64,000 nucleotides of DNA from Candidatus Heimdallarchaeota archaeon (GTDB lineage: Archaea; Asgardarchaeota; Heimdallarchaeia; Hodarchaeales; Hodarchaeaceae): contig RDOB01000003.1 in the NCBI GenBank assembly GCA_011364965.1, positions 408,524-472,523 of the forward strand, read 5' to 3'. Of this stretch, positions 1 to 8,350 are shown piece after piece; positions within the stretch are counted from its first letter, which is position 1, and the number at the start of each line of letters is the position of its first letter. Position numbers and translations under genes: made by a program. Under the pieces are notes generated by a model. It was given only the letters and a program-made list of their open reading frames with translations. It had not been told where the DNA came from and did not search any database.

Positions 1-1
1 A

Positions 2-1159
2 GCTTCAGTAACAAGTTTACCTTATGCTAATAATTTTTTTGACGCCATTCTTACAGATCCTCCCTATTACGACAACATTCCGTACTCGGATTTATCAGAT
101 TATTTTTATATATGGTTTAAGCGTATATTGGGAGATGTGTTCCCGACTCTTTTTGCAACACCTTTAACACCCAAATTAAGTGAGCTTGTAGCAAACAAGG
201 GACGTCAAAAAAACCCGAAAATCCATTTTGAAGATAAAATGCGGATTGCTTTTCAAGAAATGAATCGTACGTTGAAACACGAGGGAATTATGGTAATTGT
301 ATATGCTCATAAATCAGTATCAGGCTGGGTCTCATTATTGTCTTCAGTAATTCAAGCTGGATTTGTTATCACAGCATCATGGCCAATCCATACTGAAATG
401 AGGACACGGCTTCGTGCAAGAACCTCAGCTGCTTTAGCTTCCTCGATCTATTTGGTATGTAGAAAAATACCTCAAAAGGAAAGAGGATATATCTCAGAAT
501 TAACAGAAGATCTGGAGACGAAAATTTGGACGTTTCTCCAAAGAACTTGGGAAGAGGGAATTAGAGGAGGAGATTTCTTTATTGCAGCAATAGGATCTGC
601 AATGAGTCTTTTAAGCAGATATAAAGAATTGAGACGCTACTCGGGAGAATTAGTTACATTAGAAGATCAATTGAAAATTATTAGAAGAATCTCAACAAAC
701 TTCCTTTTAAATAATTTAATTGGAAAAGGGGCCAGTGTTACTTTAGATAACCTAGCACAATTCTATCTCGCTTTTCGATGGACTTACCAAGATAGATTAG
801 CAGATTTTGGTGAAGCGCAGGTATTAGGTCAAGCTTGCGGAATAAATTTGGACAAGCTGGCAATTAAAGACGATTTAGTCAGAAAGAAAGGATCAAAGTT
901 ATCTTTAGCTGACCCTACTTGTAGAAAGCAGGTTGAATCCAGAAAAAATGACTATGTCAATGTCATGCATTTATTAGTCAATGCATGGGAGAAGAATGAT
1001 ATGGAAACGTTAAAGGAGGCACTTCAGTTAAATAAAAAAATTATTTCACCTACTTTTTGGCAGTTTTGCCAAGCAGTCGCTGAATGCTTACCGAAAACGA
1101 ACCAAGAAAAGCATTATTTAGAAGGTCTTTTAGCTTCTCAATATAGTAAGCCATTCTAA
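2..1159 (+). CDS. N6-adenine DNA methyltransferase, DUF1156-like, C-terminal part (5' end lies left of the window)
   Basis: The frame is open from nt 2. Nt 2-127 translate to ASVTSLPYANNFFDAILTDPPYYDNIPYSDLSDYFYIWFKRILGDV, giving the (D/N)PPY motif IV of amino-methyltransferases at nt 56-67, in frame with track ORF 128-1159. The PPYYDN..YSDLSD.FY.W context matches what I recall for DUF1156-type methylases. Confidence 0.7.
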   Translation, partial: ASVTSLPYANNFFDAILTDPPYYDNIPYSDLSDYFYIWFKRILGDVFPTLFATPLTPKLSELVANKGRQKNPKIHFEDKMRIAFQEMNRTLKHEGIMVIVYAHKSVSGWVSLLSSVIQAGFVITASWPIHTEMRTRLRARTSAALASSIYLVCRKIPQKERGYISELTEDLETKIWTFLQRTWEEGIRGGDFFIAAIGSAMSLLSRYKELRRYSGELVTLEDQLKIIRRISTNFLLNNLIGKGASVTLDNLAQFYLAFRWTYQDRLADFGEAQVLGQACGINLDKLAIKDDLVRKKGSKLSLADPTCRKQVESRKNDYVNVMHLLVNAWEKNDMETLKEALQLNKKIISPTFWQFCQAVAECLPKTNQEKHYLEGLLASQYSKPF

Positions 1160-1174
1160 TGGAAATAAGTAATA

Positions 1175-1666
1175 CTATTTATTCCGTAGTTTTAGCAATT
1201 CTTTATTTATATTGGTTAAGATTTTTTCAATTACTTTCTGACTTTTGATCAGAGTAGCAATATTTGCTTCCATAGCTTTAACAGAGGCTTCAATTTCTAT
1301 CAATCGATCAGTATTGAAACCTTCAGTTGGAAGGGGCCTAGCGGGTACAGTGGTTTTGGAAGATGATTTAGAAGTGTCAATCACCAAATCCCTGTAACTA
1401 GTGTCTTGTTGGCGACTGGTTGGAGTTCTTGGGGTTGCTATTGGAGTAGCGGGACGCGGCGAGGAGGTAGGGGAGGCAAACCGCGGTCTTCCAGAGGTTA
1501 ATGGAGGGGGAGGTTTGTCAAAAGTTCCTTGGATCTCAACAGGGACTATAGGTTTGAATTCCTCTTCAGTACGATCTTCAAACGTCTCCTGACTACCACA
1601 ATGGGGACAGGGGAATGACATAATGTAATTACGACATTTTTTACAAACAGGACTTATCGAATTCAC
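1175..1666 (-). CDS. hypothetical zinc-ribbon protein with Pro/Thr/Ser-rich linker and C-terminal coiled coil
   Basis: 163-aa ORF. It has an N-terminal CKKC..x..CPHC zinc ribbon and a ~70-aa P/T/S/R-rich low-complexity linker, which explains the GC-rich patch at ~1400-1520. The C-terminus is a heptad-like helix (IEIEASVKAMEANIATLIKSQKVIEKILTNINKELLKL). No family recognised. Confidence 0.55.
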   Translation of the reverse strand: MNSISPVCKKCRNYIMSFPCPHCGSQETFEDRTEEEFKPIVPVEIQGTFDKPPPPLTSGRPRFASPTSSPRPATPIATPRTPTSRQQDTSYRDLVIDTSKSSSKTTVPARPLPTEGFNTDRLIEIEASVKAMEANIATLIKSQKVIEKILTNINKELLKLRNK

Positions 1667-1794
1667 ATCCTGTAAACTATAGCCTTTGTTAACGAGGTTT
1701 ATGTCTCTTCAATCGAAGAATATGATTATTGGGGAAAATCAATTAATAAAGATTGTTCTCAAAAGAAAGAAAAAGAGAACTCCCATAAAGGGAG

Positions 1795-3177
1795 TTATTG
1801 GGTAGCTGTTGTTATTCGACAATCCTTTACACGTATAGTAGGAATCCAAGTAGGGGAAGTAACTTCCCACCACTTAACTTGAACCAGATCGTTACACATG
1901 GCATCGATGGCAGCAAATTGTCGTAAAAGGTTATCTGAGATCCTAAAGTTTTTGATGGGAGCACTAAGTTCTCCATTTTTAACCACGAATGCAGCATCCC
2001 GCGGGATAGTACTATATTCTGTGGAAATTTGGCTCGTATAACGAGTATACCAATTGCAAAGTATAAAAATACATTTACGAGAGTTTGTCTCTAATATTTC
2101 ATCAAAAGATTGATCTCCATTATTAAATACCACATTTGAAGAATAAGGAGCTAAAAATTTGCTACCAATACCAAAATCCACTAATTCGCTATTGCCGGTA
2201 GATTCTGCTTGTGACATAATAGCAGAAGAGGTATTATTGATATAATTTTTCAAAACACCATTCGTAAAGATCGGAGTAACTTTACGGGGAGTTCCCTCAA
2301 AATCAAAAGGTGCACTTCTTAAACCATTAGCTAATAGACCATTATCAGAAACAGACAAAAAATCTGGGCCTAATTGTTCTCCCATTTTATCTCCTAGGGC
2401 ACTCATCCCCATCATTATCATCAAAGGATTAGCCATTGTCGGAATCGTACCAAGGAGATTTGCAGCTACTGCAGGAGCCATTATTACGTCATAAATTCCT
2501 GCATGCGCTTGCTTAGCTCCTTTATGAAGTTTAGAATATCTACCAGCTCTTTCCCCAGCTTTCTGGAGAGCTTCCATGGAATCAGAAACCATTCTACCGC
2601 AAGCGAGGCCTTGACCTGAAGCATCAAGCTCATCTTGAAATGCCCTGGTAGTCATTTCGTATGAACTATGTGAATATTTTCCTTGGGGACCAGCAGAACT
2701 TTTCAAAAGCATATGATTTTGACCAAAAAAAAATGAACCAGCAACACGAACAGCTCCAGCATCCAGAGCGCTTTGAATACATGCATTTACATAGTCTGGA
2801 GCTTTCTCTTGATAACCTGATATTTTGTTATCGTAGAGCTTTTCAATTGTAGAATAGCTATTTAGAGAAGATTCACAACCTAAATAAAAGGGACTTGGAG
2901 CAAGCTTTTTTGTAAAAGCCACTTGATCTAATATTCTTTCTCTTACAGTTTCTTCATTGCTGGGAGAAAATTCACTAGTGGAGACTTGATTGCTGTTAAC
3001 TACAATAAGCACATCTAGAGTTTCACTTCGCCATTCCTTATTTATATCAATCTTATTCTGTGAAAAACGAATTTGGTTAATTATTTTATCAGTTCCACGA
3101 GCAATTATCAAATCCACTCCCATTTTTTGTCCAGTTTCAATGGCTAATTCAACATATGCTTCTACATTGTCTTTCAT
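1795..3177 (-). CDS. pmbA: PmbA/TldE-family protein (partner of TldD protease), copy 1
   Basis: 460 aa with the PmbA/TldD-superfamily C-terminal pattern (NWYTRYTSQ..STIPRDAAFVVKNGEL..PIKNFRISDN) and no HExxxH. The ATG follows a GAGGTGAT SD that overlaps the tldD stop codon. Confidence 0.8.
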   Translation of the reverse strand: MKDNVEAYVELAIETGQKMGVDLIIARGTDKIINQIRFSQNKIDINKEWRSETLDVLIVVNSNQVSTSEFSPSNEETVRERILDQVAFTKKLAPSPFYLGCESSLNSYSTIEKLYDNKISGYQEKAPDYVNACIQSALDAGAVRVAGSFFFGQNHMLLKSSAGPQGKYSHSSYEMTTRAFQDELDASGQGLACGRMVSDSMEALQKAGERAGRYSKLHKGAKQAHAGIYDVIMAPAVAANLLGTIPTMANPLMIMMGMSALGDKMGEQLGPDFLSVSDNGLLANGLRSAPFDFEGTPRKVTPIFTNGVLKNYINNTSSAIMSQAESTGNSELVDFGIGSKFLAPYSSNVVFNNGDQSFDEILETNSRKCIFILCNWYTRYTSQISTEYSTIPRDAAFVVKNGELSAPIKNFRISDNLLRQFAAIDAMCNDLVQVKWWEVTSPTWIPTIRVKDCRITTATQ

Positions 3178-3181
3178 TCAT

Positions 3182-3189
3182 ATCACCTC
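3182..3189 (-). promoter_or_regulatory. Shine-Dalgarno site (GAGGTGAT) for pmbA copy 1, overlapping the tldD stop
   Basis: The plus strand reads ATCACCTC, which is GAGGTGAT on the minus strand. The tldD TGA stop (3188-3190) lies inside it and the pmbA ATG is at 3175-3177. Confidence 0.6.
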
Positions 3190-4600
3190 ATCCTAACCTA
3201 ATATCACGCATCCGAATACATCCACCTCCCGCATACACTGGTACTCCCTGGCTAGGGTCAGATTTACCACAAATACCTGGAAAATCGAAAACTAGCTCAT
3301 TCGATACTCCATCAATTGAAGAAAAAAGACCAACGGATGTTAATTCCATTACTGGACGACGTATCATTGTATGAGTGACTTCTCCATTGATTATTTCATA
3401 ACATTCAAATCCTACGTACTTACTCTGATATCTTCTATCATCAATATTCCATTCTGTGAAAGAAAGCATATAGATTCCATGTTTAATGTCTTCAATGAGT
3501 TCTTCAAGAGTAAAATCTCCAGGTTGCATATATGTATTAGCCATGCGAATAATTGGTTCTTTATTATAATTCTCAGATCTTGCTGCGCCATTAGAACCCA
3601 AGTTAAACTTTTTACCAAACTCACGATTGAGTAGTGGTTCATTAACAACGCCTTCTTTAATCAAAATGCGATTGCGAGCTTTAACTCCTTCATCATCCCA
3701 TAAATAATAGCCTCCTGTTCCCGGAATTGTAGGATCTTCACAGATCGTTACATGTTCTGTTCCAATCTTGGATTCACCGAGTTTCAGGTCTCTCCAAAAG
3801 GACTCGCCAGCTTGAGCTCCTTCACGACCCATAATACGATCTCCTTCTGACGGATGTCCAGAATTCTCATGACAGATTATTCCAACAACCTCTGGACTTA
3901 CAACGAAATCCACTACCCCTGTTAAACGTTTATCTGACTGCTTCGATACCTTTTCTAACTGCTTACACTGTTTTTCATATTGATCGAGCCATACTCTAGT
4001 TCCTTCCCACCCCGTGCTACGCGTTAGATCAATGAATCGTTGTTCGGAATCCAAAATTCCTTTTGAGGTTGCTATACAATAGTATTTAAGCATTGACAGT
4101 TCCGCATCAATCTTAGTGCCTTCTGAGGTTACGATGTATTTCGAAGCACTCTGTGCTTCAAATATAGTTGCCCGAGTACTGATATTGTATCCTTCTGCAA
4201 CTTTATCCATTTCTTGAAGCAGATTCAGCATTGTATCAGTGTCAATATTTGTTAATTTCTCCTTCACTGGAACCCTCCATTTAGCTACATTCGATATAGG
4301 TTCTCCAAAATCAATTTTTTCTGCGGGATTCGAAGCTTTTGCCATCTTAATTCCCGATAGGATTGCATTTTCGACTGCTTTTTTACTCAAATTATCAACC
4401 GAAACAAAAGCCAATCCACCTTCTATTAATATGCGGAATCCGATTCCCTGCCAAGGTAACTCGGATCCTGACATTGGTGTACCATTTTGAAGGAAAAAAA
4501 TTGTTCTATGGCCGTCAATCAACCTTGCTTCTGCATATGTTGCATCATTCTCTTGCGATACTCTTATTCCATATTCTGCTAAGTCTTTCCCATAGGTCAT
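3188..4600 (-). CDS. tldD: TldD-family zinc metalloprotease, copy 1
   Basis: 470 aa. It has the HENSGHPSEGD zinc site (HENSGH encoded at nt 3854-3871) plus the RMANTY, EWNIDDRRYQSKYVG and ICGKSDPSQG motifs typical of TldD. Confidence 0.85.
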   Translation of the reverse strand: MTYGKDLAEYGIRVSQENDATYAEARLIDGHRTIFFLQNGTPMSGSELPWQGIGFRILIEGGLAFVSVDNLSKKAVENAILSGIKMAKASNPAEKIDFGEPISNVAKWRVPVKEKLTNIDTDTMLNLLQEMDKVAEGYNISTRATIFEAQSASKYIVTSEGTKIDAELSMLKYYCIATSKGILDSEQRFIDLTRSTGWEGTRVWLDQYEKQCKQLEKVSKQSDKRLTGVVDFVVSPEVVGIICHENSGHPSEGDRIMGREGAQAGESFWRDLKLGESKIGTEHVTICEDPTIPGTGGYYLWDDEGVKARNRILIKEGVVNEPLLNREFGKKFNLGSNGAARSENYNKEPIIRMANTYMQPGDFTLEELIEDIKHGIYMLSFTEWNIDDRRYQSKYVGFECYEIINGEVTHTMIRRPVMELTSVGLFSSIDGVSNELVFDFPGICGKSDPSQGVPVYAGGGCIRMRDIRLG

Positions 4601-4937
4601 ATATCTTCATCTCGGAATGGTTTTATTGCACTCATCTTTTTTGTCAGCAGTAATGTAAAACATGTATTGCCCAGACTTAATTTAATCTTTGTTGTTTTTT
4701 AAAAAATAGGTATCTATTTTATATCTAATTTCAATTTTATTAATCTAAGGGGTTAATTTTTCTTCATATGACCAGTTTTCTTAAAGAGTCTGTATTGAAT
4801 ATTTATGTCGGATGTTTTTCCTGAATAATAACAAATCTGAGTAAATTATCAATTGAGAATTTATAGAATAGCTTTATATCAATAGAAATTATTACCAGAG
4901 CGGCCAACTAGGAATTCTTCGGGATTGAGGTCAATAG

Positions 4938-6578
4938 ATGAATTCATGGAAATGGACTGAATTTAACAATCAGTTTATATTTTTCCAGCCCATCATTCCT
5001 GTAGACACGTTCAATTGTATATCAGACCTTCCTGAACAGCACAGAGTTTCAATACTTGATGAATACGTAAACCTTTGTCAATTTAACAGTATTTATAAAA
5101 CTAATTTGTCATCAAGATTGTTTACTCTCTCTAATCAGAATTCTAAATCTCATTTAGATTATCAGCCATTTGGGTTCTATAATAGATACGATAGAAATGT
5201 TAGAACTCTACAAAACTCACAAAACAGATATCCCCAACAAACTAAATCTTCTAATAATCAAAGTGAATCTCTTGAGAGTACAGTTCTTAAATCCTTTTTT
5301 CAAGAAACGTTTGATGTAGATATAATGACGAAATCCTCCATCGAATCTGATTCCTCAACCCAAGTATATATCAAATTATTTCCATTAGATATTCTCGAAA
5401 ATCTTGAAGATAAAGATACATGTGCCTTTCTTTTATCCTTTTCAGATCTTCAAATTGAAAGTTTTGACTTAATCTTTACTTATTTCCAAAAAAACTTCGG
5501 AATTCAGTTTATCCTCAAACCTCCTCATAGTATAACCTTTGTGGAATCTCCAGAAAATCGAATACTATTAATAGGAAAAAGAAAGTATGAAGGTTCAGCT
5601 AAAATAATTACTCTAAAGAAGACATTTATTATTAGTGATTCACCTAAAATTGCTGATTTATTTGAATCCCTGGACATAGATCAGATATCAAAGGATTGTT
5701 CGATAATAACTGTCTCTCAATCAGAGATAACATTTCCAACATGGGGAGTGTTCTTCTATTCCCAAGAACTTCTTAGTTTTTGGTTCAAAATACAGAAAAA
5801 CTCTAATCCCCTCTCCAATGAAACCAATATCTTTGATGGTAAGTTTGCAGCTCCAACTAATCCATGCGGCCTTCCATACAAAGATTGGACATTAGAAAGC
5901 GAGACTAGTGAATATATAGAAATCAGACATAGGCGAAAACCGTCAATCAAAATTAAACTACCCGCAGAAAAAATATTCAAATCAATGAATTCTTATCAAG
6001 CATTGCAGGAGTATCCATCGATTATTCCTCCAGGCAATAAAAAATTCTTTAAAAACTGGAATGAATTAAATAATCCAGCTATTATTGAAGAAGGATTCGC
6101 TCATACAATAATTGTACCTATGGTTGATTTACGCAAAACAAAATCATTAACCTTTTTTACTGAACAACCTCTTCATGTGGGCTTTGGATTTAAAGGAATA
6201 AAAGCGTCGAGAACCAAAAGTTTTTGGATATTTTCTTTCCTGTCCTCTACTTTTGGCCTTTTTTCAATTCTATATACTGCAAAATGGATTACACAATTGC
6301 TTTTTGAACTTCCAGTCCAGAATTTGGAATTTATACGCATACCTAACATGAAAAGGGCAACAAAAAAACAAAAAAATTTAATTAGAGACATTGTGGAAAA
6401 AATTGGAGCTATTCCAGTCTTTAAACGGAATTCATTATTGGAAGAAATCGATAAAGCTCAAAAAGATGATAAAAATCTGCTTTTTCAACTCGATTGTGTG
6501 TTTGCAGACATCTTTGGATTTCCAAGGAATGAAATTAGAGTAATTTATGAATTATTTAAAAAAGAGTACATAAAATAA
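4938..6578 (+). CDS. hypothetical N/S/Q-rich protein with C-terminal restriction-modification target-recognition (TaqI_C/HsdS-like) domain
   Basis: 546-aa ORF preceded by a 337-nt AT-rich gap. The last ~165 aa (nt ~6078-6575) show a TRD-like pattern: a hydrophobic core SFWIFSFLSSTFGLFSILYTAKWI, then LPVQNLEFIRIP, KKQKNLIRDIVEKI, and a terminal LDCVFADIFGFPRNEIRVIYELF. The last resembles the LD..VY.LYGLT.EEI..IE tail of type IIG/type I specificity modules. No methyltransferase or nuclease motif was seen. Confidence 0.5.
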   Translation: MNSWKWTEFNNQFIFFQPIIPVDTFNCISDLPEQHRVSILDEYVNLCQFNSIYKTNLSSRLFTLSNQNSKSHLDYQPFGFYNRYDRNVRTLQNSQNRYPQQTKSSNNQSESLESTVLKSFFQETFDVDIMTKSSIESDSSTQVYIKLFPLDILENLEDKDTCAFLLSFSDLQIESFDLIFTYFQKNFGIQFILKPPHSITFVESPENRILLIGKRKYEGSAKIITLKKTFIISDSPKIADLFESLDIDQISKDCSIITVSQSEITFPTWGVFFYSQELLSFWFKIQKNSNPLSNETNIFDGKFAAPTNPCGLPYKDWTLESETSEYIEIRHRRKPSIKIKLPAEKIFKSMNSYQALQEYPSIIPPGNKKFFKNWNELNNPAIIEEGFAHTIIVPMVDLRKTKSLTFFTEQPLHVGFGFKGIKASRTKSFWIFSFLSSTFGLFSILYTAKWITQLLFELPVQNLEFIRIPNMKRATKKQKNLIRDIVEKIGAIPVFKRNSLLEEIDKAQKDDKNLLFQLDCVFADIFGFPRNEIRVIYELFKKEYIK

Positions 6579-6630
6579 TCAATTCTCTCTAATTCAGATA
6601 TTATATCCGTTAATTTCAAGAAAATGGTTT

Positions 6631-7059
6631 TTAGAAGTAGAAAAATAGCATTTTTTCTAATAATGAGTTATGACCAATCCCAAGCGACGCCAACGTTTGA
6701 AAATCAACGAATGTGATTATGTAGTTGACAACAGCTTTCATAGAGAGGTCTCTAGGTAAATCTAGCATATTGCGAACTGTAACTAATTCGATATATAGCT
6801 CATTTAGTTGGCTATAATTGCTTGTTTTCAAATCAAAAATTTCTCTGATGTCTTCTAAGGTTTGGTAGAGTCCAATTAAACTCTTTATATCTACGTGGCG
6901 GGGTAAATTGAGTTCTAATTTCAAATGTTGCAACAATCGTAACGTTGCAATGAGTTCATTCTCAGAAACATCTTTAGATACGGTCTCTAAATACCTACGT
7001 ATCGTGTTCAATTGATGTTCTTCAATTTGTCCCGATATCAATTTTTTCATTTCCTTCAT
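6631..7059 (-). CDS. hypothetical alpha-helical protein (operon gene 3 of 3)
   Basis: Track ORF is 6631-7101. I prefer the internal ATG at 7059 (MKEMKKL..), which lies 4 nt after the upstream gene's stop (7064-7066). It contains two copies of an L(N/D)LPR(H/D) motif (LNLPRHVDIKSLI and LDLPRDLSMKAVV). Confidence 0.5.
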   Translation of the reverse strand: MKEMKKLISGQIEEHQLNTIRRYLETVSKDVSENELIATLRLLQHLKLELNLPRHVDIKSLIGLYQTLEDIREIFDLKTSNYSQLNELYIELVTVRNMLDLPRDLSMKAVVNYIITFVDFQTLASLGIGHNSLLEKMLFFYF

Positions 7060-7063
7060 ACTA

Positions 7064-7528
7064 CTATTTTTCTTTCTGCAGATCCGATATTTCTTTTTCA
7101 ATATCCTCTATTATCTGTTCGTAAGGTTGGAGTAAACGAAGATCAATATTTCCCACCTCATCAGCATAATCTTTATTATACCGTGTTGCCTCTTCAATTA
7201 ACTTAGGCAAGTCTCGTGGCACAAATAGAATTTCTTCTCTAATCAAACGATATATTTCTTGCAATACACGTTTCTTTTCTTCCACAGTTCTAATTCCGAG
7301 AGCATTCATTACATAACGAAGATTCTGTGTTGGAGTATCTTTAAATGAAAGTAAGAGCAAGGCCCGATCAGCCAGTTGTTCTGCTCTTTCTTCACTTTTT
7401 GTTAATGACTTTGGTTGCTTTTTGAAACGGGACACTATGAATTCCTTCTTTTGGGGAGAGGGCTTTAGATGCAATTCACCAGTTTTCACTGTATAATATT
7501 GTAAGTACACGACTATAGTCCTCCACAA
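7064..7528 (-). CDS. hypothetical alpha-helical, charged protein (operon gene 2 of 3)
   Basis: 154-aa ORF whose track start is a TTG at 7526-7528, so the start is uncertain. It carries the FVPRDLPKLIEE motif related to the downstream gene, and the C-terminus is acidic and coiled-coil-like. Confidence 0.5.
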   Translation of the reverse strand: MWRTIVVYLQYYTVKTGELHLKPSPQKKEFIVSRFKKQPKSLTKSEERAEQLADRALLLLSFKDTPTQNLRYVMNALGIRTVEEKKRVLQEIYRLIREEILFVPRDLPKLIEEATRYNKDYADEVGNIDLRLLQPYEQIIEDIEKEISDLQKEK

Positions 7529-7797
7529 AGTACATAACGATTAGGATCATTTGCGTCGGGTAGAAGATTCAATTTTTCATTGCTGAAGTATTCGAGTAGG
7601 TCAAGGAAATAAATTAAAAGCTCTTTAAGCTCTAATTCCGAATAATTCTCAAGATCTTTCATTTTAATTAAACCAAGCTTATTTATAACCTCCATATTAT
7701 CAAATAAGTTGGAGGAAATATACACCAGTTGATATAAGCGGTCTAAAGCCTTCTTACTAGTGAATTGTTCCGTTAATTGCATCTTTGCTACTTCCAA
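7513..7797 (-). CDS. hypothetical small protein (operon gene 1 of 3)
   Basis: 94-aa ORF that overlaps the next gene by 16 nt. Composition is helical and the protein ends in ..RYVLCGGL. No family recognised. Confidence 0.45.
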   Translation of the reverse strand: MEVAKMQLTEQFTSKKALDRLYQLVYISSNLFDNMEVINKLGLIKMKDLENYSELELKELLIYFLDLLEYFSNEKLNLLPDANDPNRYVLCGGL

Positions 7798-7998
7798 GTC
7801 TTACAGGTAGAATTACTCACAAACTTAGATATACTAGAAAGATTTCCAAAAAGGACATTTTTTCGAAAATGATGTCATTTCAGAATGAGTGGTTTGAAAT
7901 ATTACACCCATTTGATGAAGATCTAGTTCTCTAATTTGACTTGGGAGATCCTAATTGTTATAATAAGGGATAAAAGTAAGAAAAAAGCGTAAGAGAAT

Positions 7999-8337
7999 TT
8001 ACACCAGCATAATCGAGAATTCTCTTTTAATCCACTCTTCTAGGGGAGGATGTCCAGACATACGACCGTCAAGATGCAGATTTTGACGTTTAGCGGAGTC
8101 AAGGGCATTCATTGCTTTAGCACACACTTCACAAACTGCAAAAATAAGATTTTTTGCTTTCAGCTGTTCCCATTTTTCATAATTTTTGTTTTCATATTCT
8201 ACGATTAGTTTAGTGGCCTCGCTTTCAAGTATAATTCCTACTTCATATCCCTTTTCAACCAGATCAAAAACATTGAGTAAAATATGAGTAAACACTCCTT
8301 TATTATAATTAAATACCACGAAAAGTTGTTTCCTCAT
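7999..8337 (-). CDS. DsrE/DsrF-like (COG2210-like) small protein, third gene of the tldD-pmbA copy 2 operon
   Basis: Track ORF is 7999-8385. The start at ATG 8335-8337 (MRKQLFVVFNY..) is supported by AGGTGAT 3 nt upstream and removes the overlap with pmbA. The size, the beta-alpha N-terminus and the ..IFAVCEVCAKAMN.. segment resemble DsrE-fold proteins. The assignment is tentative. Confidence 0.45.
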   Translation of the reverse strand: MRKQLFVVFNYNKGVFTHILLNVFDLVEKGYEVGIILESEATKLIVEYENKNYEKWEQLKAKNLIFAVCEVCAKAMNALDSAKRQNLHLDGRMSGHPPLEEWIKREFSIMLV

Positions 8338-8340
8338 CAG

Positions 8341-8347
8341 ATCACCT
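8341..8347 (-). promoter_or_regulatory. Shine-Dalgarno site (AGGTGAT) for the DsrE-like gene
   Basis: The minus strand reads TAAAAAAGGTGATCTGATG, running from the pmbA stop through the SD to the ATG. Confidence 0.6.
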
Positions 8348-8350
8348 TTT

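Noticed and set aside
1401-1592. GC-rich patch with a 63-aa plus-strand ORF, considered as a possible structured RNA or separate gene.
   Set aside because: It is the antisense of the Pro/Thr/Arg-rich linker of the minus-strand gene 1175-1666. The GC richness follows from the CCN, ACN and CGN codons, and I see no tRNA or rRNA-like structure.
2661-4653. Track ORFs 2661-2852, 2990-3196, 3156-3374, 3371-3634, 3412-3648, 4239-4490 and 4363-4653.
   Set aside because: All lie inside, and antisense or out of frame to, the well-supported pmbA and tldD genes. Their translations are low-complexity and they have no SD.
7513-7797. The 94-aa protein ends in ..CGGL, considered as a ubiquitin-like/SAMP-type modifier precursor with a diglycine tail. 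It could then be a TldD/E or JAMM substrate.
   Set aside because: The sequence looks predominantly helical, with no beta-grasp pattern. No E1-like, JAMM or MoaD/ThiS-context genes are nearby, and a GG near the C-terminus is weak evidence on its own.
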